From positions 21,818,950-21,882,949 of the forward strand of contig NC_134029.1 in the NCBI RefSeq assembly GCF_964204645.1: 64,000 nt of DNA. Direction: 5' to 3'. This document shows positions 25,001 to 40,000 of this stretch, piece after piece. The stretch is from Tubulanus polymorphus. Taxonomy: Eukaryota > Animalia > Nemertea. Each line of letters opens with the position of its first letter. Positions within the stretch are counted from its first letter, which is position 1. Both the position numbers and the translations under genes were made by a program. The notes under the pieces were generated by a model. It was not told the origin of the DNA, did not search any database, and was given only the letters and a program-made list of their open reading frames with translations.

Positions 25001-28000
25001 TTGATGGAAACTATAATTAAATATTTCAGGTAGCAGGTCTGATATTTGATTTGTACATGAATAATGTTGTACATATATTGCACATGTTTCTAGAACTGAT
25101 TCTGACTACAGTAATTGAATGTTTCTGTTGTAGATAAGAGTAGCTGAAGAAACTGGTTTTGTAAAACTCATGATCGTTCGGTCGCAAGGTTTACGCAATA
25201 TCGTCACTATTGAATGGAGAACTGTAGACGGCACGGCAAAAAGTTCCGGAAATAATCCTGATTTCAAGGTTAGTGGTAGATGCTCCAACTCGTACTTGCA
25301 AATGCAAAAGAGTATATATTCTGAATACTAATGGGATACATATGAGTTGCCTTTTGCTTCTATCAAAATTAAAATTTGGTTTGCTACTATTACATGCATG
25401 CCAACAATCACACCAATCATTACCTTTTGATCGATACAAATTGAAATAAAACATATTTTCTATGAAATCTGTATTATACAAGGTATGACGATTGACACTG
25501 GTCTCCTTTACATCGTGTTACAACATTTTGTTTGACGTTCCTTACGTAATCAAAGTATAGTCACAACACTGTATTTTACAATTTCAAACCTTGACACCCA
25601 CGGTCTACGATAAACATTCTGTTCACTCTACATTTTCATATTCGGATTATTAGAGGCAGGTAAGACAATACATAACGCTTGTACGTAGGTAATTTCTAGC
25701 GCTCTAGACAGTTTTAACAGTTCTTTGTGTCCTAGCCTCGAAAAGGAGATTTTTTCTTATTCGGCGACATGAATTTTCTCCCGATTCTCCCCTATGTTTT
25801 AGATGATTGTTTTTTCGTCTTGTCTCAAGATGGCGACACTGCGATGAATAGTCGAAATTTACAGTATTTGACGTACGTCAAATGTTTGTAGTTTAACTCG
25901 TAATCGTATACTTACTCCTTGTAAAAATATTATTTTATGAAATAACACCTTTTCATATTGAATACCGTAGAATAGTTACACAACCATATAAACCTATAAC
26001 TGTCCTTTAGAACTGAAACACAAATATCAGGCTCGGATACAAAATACCCACAGAGAAAAAAGATTATGTTGAATAACTTTTCTTCTAATCGATATGTTTG
26101 GTAATTTGGAGAATGCATTCCGGATTTGCAGCTAGCTTTTAGGAGAGAAGTGTTAGGCTTGTTATTACCGTCCGTAGATAATGCACATTTTCATCAATTC
26201 CAAGTGCTACTTTCTTAAAAGTAAAATTGATTTTGGAGGTTGGCCTAACCGTAATGCAGTTGGGATCAATTTTCCATAATGACGGACTGCTAAATATTGA
26301 ATAACGCATACGTCTTAAGACTAGCTAGTATATAATTTCACATTCTGTGATGTGGTATGGGCATAGTTCAGAGCCTGTTATTTGTGACTTACTCGGTATG
26401 TGTGTTTCTCTGATTACTTTTTTCACAGGGAACTTTTTAGCTTTCTCGCGATCGATCAATACTAGGTTAATTAAAGACCATTCACCGTAGCCGAGAGGGG
26501 CTCTAACGTCGTGTACGCTTTCATCCGCACGCGCGAGCGTCCAAGAGAGAACTTTTAACACACGACGACCGTATATTGATCCATCTGAGATAAGCACACC
26601 TTCAATCAAAACACTTTCATAATTCACGACCCGTCGCGAAGAAACATTTCGTCGTGATTCAATCCTCTTACCGGTCTTGTCATTGCTTATCCGACCATCA
26701 ATTTCTATAATTATTTTCCCACACGTACCGTACCGTAGGACATTATGTTGTACCTGTTTTTTATTAATTTGACTAAGGATGGGATATAGCTCTTATCATT
26801 GTCAATATATCTAATGAATTGGTGACTGTTCTTAACAATGTTTGATTTTCCATTAATTGAAGCATAGAAAAATGTTTCTATAAATCGTAATTCAAGCAAA
26901 GTATATACACAGCGAAATACATTGAGATTACGATAATTCATGCAATAGATTATTATTGATATCTTGAACTCATGCGATGGTTATAATCCTAATAAAAACA
27001 TGAAAATTCTCGACGCGATTAAACTCTATTTTAGGCTTTGCTTTTTTCACATATGAAGTTATACTTCGACGTGCACAGGTCGTTGACCCAATCGAAACGT
27101 TGTTTTTCGCTGAGAAACATGCATTTCATGTTGGCGACGCCGACCGGTTCAAGTTCTTCCTCCCAGTGAGAATAACTCATCTGCTTCAGGTGTAACTGCG
27201 ACGTCCACATCCATTGTTGCGATTGGCTGACGTAGTTACCGCTGCTCCACCAGCCAACTGCATCCTTTATTCCTGAAAATAGTATATTTCAAGCTTAATG
27301 TTGTTGGGGACTTGCTTTACCGAGATTAATCCGATTGGATTGTTCATTTAATCTTGGAGTGATTAGTAATTACTCCAATATTTAACCTTGTGATGGGCTT
27401 TGAAGTGAGACCCGCACACTGTCTGTCAGCAGCCAATAGGACTCAAACCCGCTTGTCAATCGGTACCAGATAGTTGTGAATGCCTTATCCCACTGAGATC
27501 TATAGGAGCTATTTGAATATGTTCTTATCTTACTTATTATTTTATTCAATTTATCACTATTGCATTCAGAATGCAGTTTAACAGTTCTAGGTTTTGCTCA
27601 AACTTTTAAAATAGTGAAAGAAATGAACGTTAAAGTAATTTTGATTCAAACATGTCAGACGGAGTCAAACACGCGGATCTAAGTTTATCAACTTATACTC
27701 TTCGCTTTAAGGAATTTTTAAGTAAACGCCTATCATTAAATCTGAATTTTCAGTTAACGGGCTTAATCTGTAATTGAGAATTAAGAATGGGCTGATATCC
27801 GATTCGACGGAAATGTCGATTTTCAATCCGTTAAAGGGATTTATCCGATATTGAATCAGTTGTCAATCACGCGGCGACGAGATTTCCAGCCTTGACGGGA
27901 TTTATGACGGCCGCGGCGTAAAATCCTCGTTTTTCTCGTATCTAAATCCGACTGGTTCGACGATTACTCGGTGCAAAACGTTCCGCTAGAGATTACTCAC

Positions 28001-31000
28001 CGCCGGTCCGTAACGATCGGAACGCTTTGTTCCGACAAACAATTTACGATCAATTCGTACTGCGCGTAGGAGAGAATTTCTCTAAACGTTTATCTCCTTC
28101 GGGAATCTGGGCGTATCGATTGTCGATCAGGTCGCGTTTAACGATGAATTAATTCTCGGGACGGTTGAGATCACGGTGTGAGGAGTCGGAATCAGAAATA
28201 TTCAATCGATATGATTTAACTTTTCGCAGTAAAACATCAATAACATTCATGTTTTAGATGAGCTCTTTGCTCTTCGATTGTTATGTATTCAATCGGCTAT
28301 GGAAAAAGCCTTCTATTTCGGCCCACCTGAAACGGACCAATTTAGATCGGACCAAATCAATGCTGTGCATTCACACATGACCGTTATCATTGGTCCAGAT
28401 AACACTGTGACCGGTAATTAGAGTTTCTGTTCACACACACAGAAATGGTCCGTTCTAAAATGTTGGGTCTACTTGAAATTGAAAAATGGAACGGACCAAT
28501 TTAGAACTGACTTTTCACTAGGCTGAATACTTGGTCCTTTCTCGATTCAAACAGATTAGATTTAGAATGTTCTAGAAAATGTAGAGTTAACGCGGGGCTT
28601 TAGTGAAAGTGAGTCATTTCATATCCTTGCAACTTCTTTTACGGAAAGTTTCTCAGACACGACGAGATGTCTCTTGAAATTTCTCGTTGGATCTCGCGGC
28701 ATGTTTCCAGCGAGCGATCGATCGCGGATGAATTTCTGCTCGTCGTGTTTTCGCTGAACGATGGTAAAACATTTGATAGATAAAAACCGATCCTTTTGAT
28801 TCGCTTATTCGCTTATCCGATGACAATTTCTTTGACATATAAAACTAGAAGTCGGTATTGGATTTACCGTATAACAGAATTATCTGTTATGCGCTTGATT
28901 TTGTTATATGACTCGAGAGATGTCCCGCGCTAGTCAGGTACTGTCACAATCCATTTTCTTATCCGCGCTGTAGCTGTCGCATATACTTGTAATACGACTT
29001 GTTCAGGCGATTAGGTGCGTGTTACTTCACTATTTATGAAGTGTTGTCGGTCGAGCAAAAAATCTGGTTTCGCAGCTTCGATTGATAGAAGAACAAGTCC
29101 TTCCAGGGATAGCGACGGATCTGATATCGAGGGAAAAAAGTTGATACATCGCTGCTTGCATTGTTCGTAAAAAACCACGATATGAAACATGAAGAAATGG
29201 AGTGGCCACTTACTAGGGGGCTGGTTCTATAGTTGACTTAAATCCAAAAAAGAGGTTTTAAATCCTAAGACTCATCTTAAGTTGTTAGATTGGCTATAGA
29301 ACTAAGATGTATTAGACTGGTCTTAAGTCTAAGCCATGACTGTGCAACCGGACCAAGGAAATCATGGAAAAGTCATGCAATTTTCTCTTCTTTTGAAAAG
29401 TCAGGGGAATTTTGAAAAAGCTGAAAATCTGGGGAAAGTTTTGTTGAGACGGTTTTATCACACGTAAAATCAAACAGTTTCTGTCTATGTTTTATGTATT
29501 TGACTGCGTTAATTGATTGGATTCTTAGTAGATCAATTCAGAAAAAACAAACCACATGCTCGGGAATAAATCACATGTCAATAAATAAGCAAATCGAATC
29601 GAAGAAGTCATCCTAGTTCTGTGCCGTGTTTTCGAATACGTCGTCAGACAAGAAAGTTCAGGCTTGGGCTTTTAACGTAATGATAGCGCCGCGAGCAACA
29701 TCTATAATGTGCAACTGGATATATTTAGAGATAAACGAATATGACGGCGATGATTGGAAACTGAGAGACCGATGACAAGATAACAACCGTGTGTCTCTAG
29801 CTCGGTCACAAAATAATAACTGTGACACAAGCGGCAGTTCGAGTATTCTTCAACGGGGAAAACATGATTCGATGGATAAGATATTTTCCTGCGCTTTAGA
29901 GTCGGCTCGCCGATCCAGGGTCGTATATGCAGCGGGTTCACGCAGTTCAAAAACGGACCGCTAATTACGCACAACTCTTTTGTGAGCGGGATTTTTTACG
30001 GGATATCCACTGTGTTCATGTTGTTTTCCACCATAAAAGTTTGATTGATAGACTTTGATGAATTCCATTTTCGTTTGATAGTTATAGATCTCAGACACAA
30101 GCTAAAGTTCTTGTCTATTCTTAAATGAACCACTCAAAATCCTAAGCCGGGGATGCCCCTGCAGGCAGAATGAACTTGGGAATTGATTGGTTTTGTCTCT
30201 TTCACATTAAAAGATTTACAGTTAGTTGTCAAATTCAGACTGATATTTCAATTTATATCACTTTCCTTTTTCTATCAGCGATATTTTCATTGCGGCCGAA
30301 GGTGACACTTTATTAGTTATATAACTTACCTGATTTTTGTTTTATAAGGAGGCTGATCAGCTGCTGCTCTCTGTCGGTTTCAACGGCGACCAAATTCGCT
30401 TCGACCGCCGAACACAGATCGCGGGCGTGGTGCCACGTCGTGTTGAAATTCGAGAACATGTAACACGACTCCCATCCGGTCAGACTGGTGAACATTTCCG
30501 GACACGGGTCGGTCGTTTCGGCCGGCGTATTACACGCGGGCATGTCGTTCATACTACGCGAACTCGTGTCCGTTTTCAACGTGACGATGTTCTCCGGGTA
30601 ACGGTTCGGTTTGTAGAACGGTTTCGGTTGTTCCGGCGATTCTTTCTCGACGTCTTTCACGAGCGTTTCCATCCGACGGACTCCGCGTAGGACGCGAATC
30701 GACAACGATTCCATCGAACGACGAAGTCTCGCCTCCAACCCGTCGAGCGTCGTCACCGGTCGTCTGCCCCACACCTCGTCGTCAGTCGCCCGCGCCGGCT
30801 TAAAACAGCTTTCTATGCGCATGAGAACTTTGTCGTACGCGCATTTTTCGGCGTTGAATTTTGTAGCGTTTGCCGCTCGGCCGTCGGTGAGCTTTACGAG
30901 CAGCAGTAAAATCCAGGCTAGTGATTTCGCCGTGTGGTCCAACATCGTATATAGTTTTATCCTGGAATGAAAAAGACGACAACTATGAATTGTTTCATTT

Positions 31001-34000
31001 AAATGCCATAATCTAAAAGGTCTTGTTGTTAGTACAAAATGTTACTAAATAGATGCAAGTCTAATCTCATTTCAATCCATTTGGGTCATTTAGTGGATTT
31101 AGAGGGTGTCAATAGGGTTCTGGAGACACCACCCCTTAAATTTGAGGTCCCTTAGAAATTCCATTCTCAGAAATTGCGAATTAAGCTTGAACAATGGAAA
31201 AAAATATCACAATTTTCTTGTGGCAATTAACTGTTTAATCATTCTAGAAGTTCTGAAAAAGCATTGTGTTTGTGAGCAACAAAATCAAGGCAAAGCTTGA
31301 AAACGGCCCTTAATGTCTGTTGTAGAACCCCCCTATCTTTGACCCTTGTCAAATATCTGCTGTGGAACTTTGAATTGAGCCTTGATCTGCCCCTGATGTC
31401 ACCAGTTCATCACTACAAATCATCAATGATCTGAAAGACTTACTCGAGCTTATTATCGATATTGACCGAGTTTCTAAGAGGGCTTCACATACTTCACCTT
31501 TGCTTAATTGGACAAGGAGAAGGTGTATTATATAATGTATATATCGGATTATCAATAATCATTAGTTCAGATATTTCTCTCCAGATGCTGCGGTATCGAC
31601 GACAATACGGCGTCTCGCTGAACCGCGACATCGACGCCGCCCCGACAAACTTGCGCAAACATTCAATTACAATATTTATGACGAGTTTCTGGTGATCTAA
31701 GAAACGATCGGGAATCAATCGGAAATCGGAGACGAATTTTCATACACATCACGTCTGCTACGAAAATAACCCGATTATCGACCACGATCGCGAGAGAATT
31801 CGTTTTTTGATCGCAAGAGAATTCGTTTTTTCATCCACGTATATTTTCAGTTGCGCGCGTGCGAGTTTTGTGCCGTTGATTATTGAAAAGAAGTAATTCA
31901 ATATCTGAATATTTCTCGGCGATTTTTACAGTGGTTTAGAATTTCATCCGCTGCTAAATTTAAGATCGAGATGTCGTGTGACTACGTCGGACTGAATGGA
32001 TGTTTATTTCGTCGCGGTATCTCGATAATTCATGCAGCCTTCCACGATGCTCGGGTATGAAAATTCAAAGAGTGATTTCAACTCTTTTTAAAAAAGCCGG
32101 TGTAAATGATATCGACCTGCGAACGACGAGCGTCGAATGATCGATGCTGAAGTTTTCCGCGGCTGGATATAAACGAACCACTTGTTTTTCTCGTATTGGG
32201 TACAGATTTGCTCGCTTGTTAACGATAATCAGCCCTCATTCAGTCGACGTTCTCTCACAAATATCCGCACAAATCCGGTTTACTATTCATATACAGCTAA
32301 ATCTAATTTTTCGTCGCCGAACGTCGTCGCGTGAGCAACTGTTGCGAATGATTAGACCCCGCTGTCGGGAAAATTAGATTTCCAATATGGCCGAGATGTC
32401 GAAGGGAAATATTTACACAGACGCCAAACGGCATTTTCTAGTTCGTAGAAAATTGTCTCATTGTTACATTCTCTGAAATTAAGCGTAACTCTTTTAAGAA
32501 CTTTCAGCAGCCAGGGGTGGACGCATGGGAGATGAGAGTGGATCGGGTGGTCTAAGAAACTTTACCAACGTTCCTATTCTGATTTCTTATTTCATAGAAT
32601 AGATAATGATGGTTTTAAGCCCGGAAATCACTTTTGCATCCATCTTGTTTTCAAAATTCTGGCTCGACTTGAATCCATAGTAGTCTCTATCTATCTATAG
32701 TATAGCCACCTCTCCTGGATCCGTTACTGACAGCGCTAACTCAAAATCATCATAACCTTTTCAATTCAATGTCAAATGAGTTTCATAAATTTCGCGTATA
32801 GTATAATTTTTGCGGATGTATCCACACACACATGTCGGGATAACGTTCATTTTACTGACGGAAATTGCGAAATTTCCCTCGGGTTTCGACGCGTATTGTA
32901 TCGTTGTCAATTGTATCGGTGGCTGTCTTTTGTAAGTTGATTTGTTTTATTAATGAAATTGACGCGCGCCGACGTTTTAACGGCGTATTTCAAACCGTTG
33001 AAAGAATGAAAGTTTTTCATTTATTTAGAAGCGGCGACTGGAACTGGTGTTGTTATATGTCTGATTGAACTCCTGTGCGCGTTGTTGAAAGATTTATTAG
33101 ATTGTAACAATGATGGCAGTGTGTAATCTGTATGAAAATCGACATTTCAATTCCGCATTCCTTTTATCGTCTCATCCAGAAGATGTTGACTGTAACTGAA
33201 ATTTCGTTTGAAATAGAAACACGTCGACAAAAACTATTTTCAGATCTTTAATTTCAGGATACTGTGTAAGATAGTATACCTTGTAAGATAACTAAGATTA
33301 TCTTATTTTCAAATTTAAGCCATTAGATTTGCATTCCTTAGTAAGTAAACTTAAATCAACTAAATTAACTTATAAGATTAATAAGATTAACATGTTTTTG
33401 GAATGGTAAATCCATTTATTTATGCATGAACTATCTTCATCATGATGCCACGTTTAAGATGAAAATTATGTCAATGCAAAAAGTTATAATCATAGTTCAA
33501 TTTATCTTATATAATTTATTTTAGTATATTCAATAATTTATCTTAGCTCATTCAGATTGAGGGAGAACGGATAAAATTCAGATGTGAATGAAATAAAAGA
33601 GTGGTAAAAAAAGTTACACGAACGATTAAAAGTTACTTACTGTCGTAAGAAATTAGAATTCCATAACAACAATGAGCGGTCGTTGTCCAATATTTGAATG
33701 TTAATTTGAAACTGAAGACCGACAAGTTCGTTCGACGGTTCGCTAGCTGTTTATTGATTGGCTACGACTCGCGTGTTGTCATCGCTGGCGTTCACGTTTA
33801 CGCACACCATGATTTGCTACTTTGCGCGTTATAGTTTCAAGATGGTCGCCTAATGAAATCTTCGTATCGATCGCACAACGACCGACGGTGGTTGCATCTC
33901 GCGCGCGCGCGTATCGCGGAGGGGGAACTGTGCCGGCGCAGTCACGTGTGACGTTCTTACCGCTCCGCGTCGCGCGTTGATCACAATGATTTATTGTATT

Positions 34001-37000
34001 ATGTAGAAACCCCCTCTCCTCTCGGGATAAACACCGAACTCTCGCGCGCCGCACCGTGCGATCTAGATTATTGATAATTGATAGTACGGCGTCGAAGAAA
34101 ATGTATCAATCATTTCAGATTGATCCGCTCGATACTAAGATTAGAGCGCGCGACATGAAATTAAAGTTGTCACAGTATCTATAATCACTGTCAATAGAAG
34201 AGGTTTTAACTGAGGCATTATAATTACTCCTTTTTAGGTCAATTATCGCAATTAGAATATTCAATATGAAATTCTAATCGTCAGCTTTTAAATACTTTTC
34301 TTGCGCGCGTTTAAGCATTAATTAACTTCTGTAATGTTCTAGTGAGTGATCTCGTGAAATATCGCCATCCGTCCCGATGGATATACTTTAGAGACGTGTA
34401 AGCCTTCGTTTAAAACATAAATCAGCGAAGTTCACTGATTTGCGAGATTGATAATTTGGTGTCCTGGGATTTTGAATATCCTTCCTATCAGCCGTTTCAG
34501 TAAAAATTCATCATCAACTTTTAGATTGCGGTCTGGTCGGATCTTGCGTTTGTTTTGCATTATATAATATTTCTTGAAACATAATATTCCTAGAATATAC
34601 GATACCGGTATTCCATGAAAGATAAAAGATGAAATGCTTGATTTTACTACACCGTATTTTTCATCGATCCAGGGTCTAATTTTGGAGAATGTTTCACATC
34701 CCAAACTTTGTTGTCCAAAATGCAATAATAGGTCACTTCCGCACTGAGGGGTCTATCAAACCATGTACTGCAGCTGTTCTGTGGTGACAATTTTTGTCAC
34801 TTGTGAAAGGACCTGAACTTGTCACATCCAAAAAGGAACTTTGATGTCCAAAATACAATCTCCCGCACTGATATTCACCAGTTGTTTGTTATAATGATAT
34901 TTATTTCGCCATGTACATATGCAGTATAAATGATATATAGATTATAAACAATTTACATTCATACGAGGCTGGATGCTTGGAAAGCCAATGGAGGCTGTGT
35001 CCCATTGGGATCCAAGTACCCAGAAAAAAAGATCAAAATTTAATGAAATTAGGTAGAATGAGGGTGAAATGGAAACGCGAAATGGGAGTAATCTGTTTGT
35101 TGACGAAATGAAAAAGGGTGATCAAAAGATTTGATGGACTTGTACAAGTCCCCCTGAATCCACCCCTGTGATGAAATGAAATTTTTTTTAGTAAAACTGA
35201 AGTTTCGTAGCTTAATTCGTTGATTTGCAAATATCTCAACTGATTTAGACCCGAATTGTATGATTACAGAGCGCTGGTAGTCGACTGACTTTCGATCCCA
35301 ACGAACAATACAAATTCATCCAAGTTAAAATCGTCGATGACTCCATACCTGAAGACGATAAATTTTTCGAGGTAAGTATCATGAATTGGTATGAGTTTTG
35401 TCTATTTTTTTGCGCGTTGAAATTCTGCTTTTAAGATTACACCGACTTATATTCACGAAGATTGATTTTTAAATGCTCATTTGCATGTCTTCAGGGTTAC
35501 CGCAAAACGCGCGCGTGTCTTTTTGTCTTTATAAAAGAATGGTTTTATGAAATGATCTTCACCTCGCAGGCAACCGGAAGGTGCCTGGTATCGTCTGTCA
35601 GTACATCGTAAAGAGCTACTTTTCCGTTATCTTTTCCGCCGTTTAAAAATGACATCTAAGCGCGCGGGTCGGTCGTTACATTGTCGTTACATTGTCCGCG
35701 GCCGCTTTGAAGAGTTTTTATTTCGATATAAGCCACATTTCCTGAGTCATTATATCCAATCTCAGTTACAAGGGCTTCTTACGAATTACGACCGTATGTC
35801 GAACATATACTAGCAAATCTAATCTGCCTCAGGTGAACGTTATATATCAGACGAATCATTAAGAACAACAAAATGCAGGAAATTAATAGAGTTCACTTTT
35901 ATTAATTAGTTTCTTATGTATCTCGGTATGTTTTATGATGAGAATCTGTCGCACTAAATTAGATATAACGGAACTCGAAGGTAAAACGAGTATCAACGTC
36001 GAATAAACTGATTTTTTTTTTCACGTGTTTTTATTTTCGTACAGGTCGAACTTCGTAATCCGACGGGTGGAGCAGCCATCGATGTCGGTTCCAAGATTAG
36101 GGTTGTCGTCGAGAATTCGGATAACGCCTATGGAGTATTCCAGTTTGATAACGCTACAACGGCGAATACAATCATCTTCGAACCGCCGCACGGAATTACA
36201 TCCGCTAAATATGCAGTGAGTGCTACGATGATTGATTTACCAAAATCTCATATTGAATTCTACTTTTATCGTTTTCTTTGACGAATACGAAATCATCGAT
36301 CGGCGAAATATTGAAAATGAATTTCAGATAAGACGAACTGAGGGCAGGATCGGCAGTTCGGAGGTCACGTGGTCGCTGTCGTATAGTGGAAATAAAGATT
36401 TTGTTGCCGATCAAGGAATCGTTGGATTCATAGCCGGTCAGGAGATCGCGTACTTCGACGTTACTGCATTGGCTGATAGCATTCCTGAAAAGAAAGAAGT
36501 CTTTACTCTCTCCTTGGCCAATATCACTAAGGTTTGTGCGGGGTTGAATATGATACATTTAGATCGATAATGTCTGTCTGAGGACTATTTTAAGAATGGG
36601 AAATTTTTCACCCCAAGCAGGCGGGCCACTGGCCTGGAAAACCTGGAAAATCATCAGGAATCAGATAAATCTTTTTAAAAAATCTAGGAAAACTCGGGGA
36701 ATTTAGAAATGCTATTGACCACGTGTTTCTTTATCAGTACGTGATTCACTAAAGATTGATAAATTGTGACATTTTAAACCAAGAAATTTTATCTCGATTC
36801 ACTTACCAATTTAATCAGGGAATTTTCTGATGTAATATGGAAAACTCAGGGATTTTTTAACTGGGGGAAAAGCCAACTTTGCCACTTGATACACTGAATG
36901 TGAATGTGTATGATTGTTATTATTAGGGAATACTCGGAGATAATCGTCAGACGTCTGTGTCGATCGCTGCGAACGATGATCCGTACGGAGTTTTCACGAT

Positions 37001-40000
37001 TTCATCGACGAGTAAAATAATAAGTACCACCGAGGGAAATAAAGGTAAGATGAACTAAACTGAAAACTGCGTTCACGAACGACGAGGCGATATTTTTTCC
37101 TTTCTGCGTTAGTCGTCGTTCTTCGGAACCTGTCGTCGTGAGATTTCAATCAATACCTGTAAATCGAATGTTTTTAGATGCGATTGTTAATCGTTTTATC
37201 AACGCTTAACGCCTCATTTTACTGATGTATATTTAGCGCGATGAAACGATCGATTTGATATGCGAAGCGCGTTCGTATGTTTGAGAGTTTCGGGATCGAT
37301 TGAATTTTTTTTCTTCAACAATCACGAGTAATTGATGTTCACACTCTGCGTTTTTCCGTAGCATTGAGTTTCGTGTTTAATTTTCCATAAAACGCGAAAG
37401 ATCAACGACGTTCGGTACTTCACATTTAAAACCGCATTATCGATATTGATTTGCCTAATGGTACCGATGGTGCGAATCAATGGGTTGCAAAATTGACATC
37501 AAAACAGTCACCGGTGTTAGATTTAAAAAGGTGCAAATGCGGTGTTCGTCTTACTGTTTGGGTTCACACTATTTTTGGTGATGGATACGATTTAGGTATC
37601 GCTAAAGAACAGACTCAAACAAGAAATAAGAATCTCTCGTCTAGAATAATCTGTTTAATGATAGACGATCGGCATTTTGAAATATATGATCGAAAAGTCA
37701 TATTCAATTTCTGTGCTTTATATTGACGTAAAATGAATTTATTAGATTGATTCAGAACCTCATACTCTACTTTATCGGAGAAATTCCTAATTTCGAGATG
37801 TCTGAGACAAAATTTATTGCTTGTGACGTGATATGCATTAACCCTTTCAGTGCTGACTAATCAATACCCTATAGTGCTGGAGATAATTTGAAAATTTTGA
37901 AAAATCCACCCTTGTGTGTTGAATAACGGGAATACCACTATAGTGCGTATACACCACGGTGCGGTGTATCTTTAGTTACTAATATTTCACTATGTTTGAC
38001 AGGTGCTACCATCTTTCAAGAGAGATAATTACTAATTACATCAATACACCGCAGTGCGGTGTACTAGCAAAATCTATCACTGATTTATACACCGCACTGC
38101 GGTGTAGAGGCATTGAAAGGGTTAAAGCTTAATAACTCAGACAAATTGGTGAGAATTGTGCCAGACATTGTTTTGATCTAGGCATTTTTCTGACTTAAAG
38201 ATGACTTTTGGCAAAAGGGTTTTTAACGCGTCACAATTTCTGTAACTAATGTTAACTTTTTGGAATTATTTCAGATGTTTCTGTGATAATCTTTCGTAGT
38301 CGAGGATCATTTGGATCTGTAACGGTGAACTACGCGACTGCAGCAGACAACGAATCCTTTTCATTCATCAATCCCAACATCCCTCGTGCCAGGGCTACAA
38401 TCGACTACACGCCGGTTCAGTCTAGTGTTACATTTTCTGTCGGTCAAACTGAGGCATCGTTCAAAATCGGCATCAAAGATGATTACGATTCCGAAAGCGA
38501 CGAAGCAATTTATGTCGTTCTGAAATCTGTTATACTCAATCCAATACCACCGATGGATCAAGGTATTACTTCCGATCATGAAAAGTGCAGACAGAATGTT
38601 GATAATTTCTTTTCTCTTAGTATGTTATAAATTCTTGAAAGTTGTGAAAACTAAATTCTTCTTGGCTTATTTCTGTACTCATGAACTGATATATTGCATC
38701 TGCCATCTACCAGCAAATGGCAGCAGTTAGGTAATTCGAATCCTGTATCATTGCAGTTGCTAACTCTCCGAAACTTGGTGCAACTATGAACACTTACAGT
38801 CAGATCATCGTAAAGGGCAATGATAATGGAACTAGTATAATACTACTATCAGCCACGGATGTGACAGTATTCGAGAATCAGACTGGTTCGGTTATCAGCA
38901 TTATACGTAAAGGTGGAATGTATGGACAGGTAAGTTTATATATGAAATGAATCGAGAGAATAGTGCAAACGTATACTTTTTTCATCAGAATTCCTTTCCT
39001 GATACAGGTAACCGTGAAGTTTTCAGTCACACCCGGTCTGGCTCGATACGGAGAGGACTACACCGTCTCATCGACTGATATTGTGTTCGCCAATCAAGAA
39101 ACTATGAAGCAATTACCGATCAAAATCATCGACGATCCATATCCGGAACTAGCGGAGACATTCACGGTTCAATTGCTCGAACCACTTATCGGAAATGCCA
39201 TTATGGGAAGTCCAATTAAGGCTACTGTTACGATTGAAGCTTCAGATGATCCTCTTGGAACATTTGGTAAGATATATTTGTGTGAAGTCATATTTGAAAA
39301 GAAAAAATGTTTTATTCAAGTAACAGTATGAAAAAATGTATTCAAATTTCGTTGTAGACTTTGCTAAAAGATCTGTAATTGTTGACGAACCTTCAACCGG
39401 TCAAAAAACGAATGTCGATATTCAGGTTGTTCGTACAGGAGGAAACTTGGGAGTACCTGCTGTTAGCTGGCAGACGACATATGACGGTATGATGATCAGT
39501 GCATCAACTCTCAATTCGTTAAAATCACTCTAAAAGCATATTTTACCTGATAGTTTTCGGTCTTGATTTACAGGTGTACCACCTACAACAGACATCAAGC
39601 CAACATCCGGAGTTCTGCATTTTGTTAGCAATGAGACCAGTCTGCCGGTTAAGATCGAGGTGTTGCCTGATACTAAACCAGAGGGAAATCAGGTACAATT
39701 GGATTCATTGACATCTTATATACATTTATTAGGACACAAACGTTTAGCAAATTCTTCATTCTTATTCGCATATTTCAGAATATTAACGTCACTTTAGTCA
39801 GTGTAACTAATGGTGGACATATCGGACCTAATAACAATTTCATACTGACAATCCGTGCGAATGATAATCCACATGGGACTGTAGAATTCATTGGAGACAC
39901 ATTCACTGTTTATGAATCTGCAAATTCTACCACTCAATACGTCACTGCCAACCGAATGTAAGTCTATCTAACATTCATCGCCATTTATGAATTGGTCATA

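Noticed and set aside
30337-30772. Overlapping alternative-frame ORFs (117 aa on +, 72 aa on -)
   Set aside because: By-products of the GC-rich lectin exon; no independent splice or domain evidence.
33779-34054. 91-aa Arg-rich minus-strand ORF
   Set aside because: Explained by the CpG-rich promoter composition upstream of the lectin leader exon; GTG start.
37935-38110. Three spaced palindromic repeats that superficially resemble a CRISPR array
   Set aside because: They lie inside a TTAA-flanked MITE in a eukaryotic intron, with irregular spacing and no cas genes.
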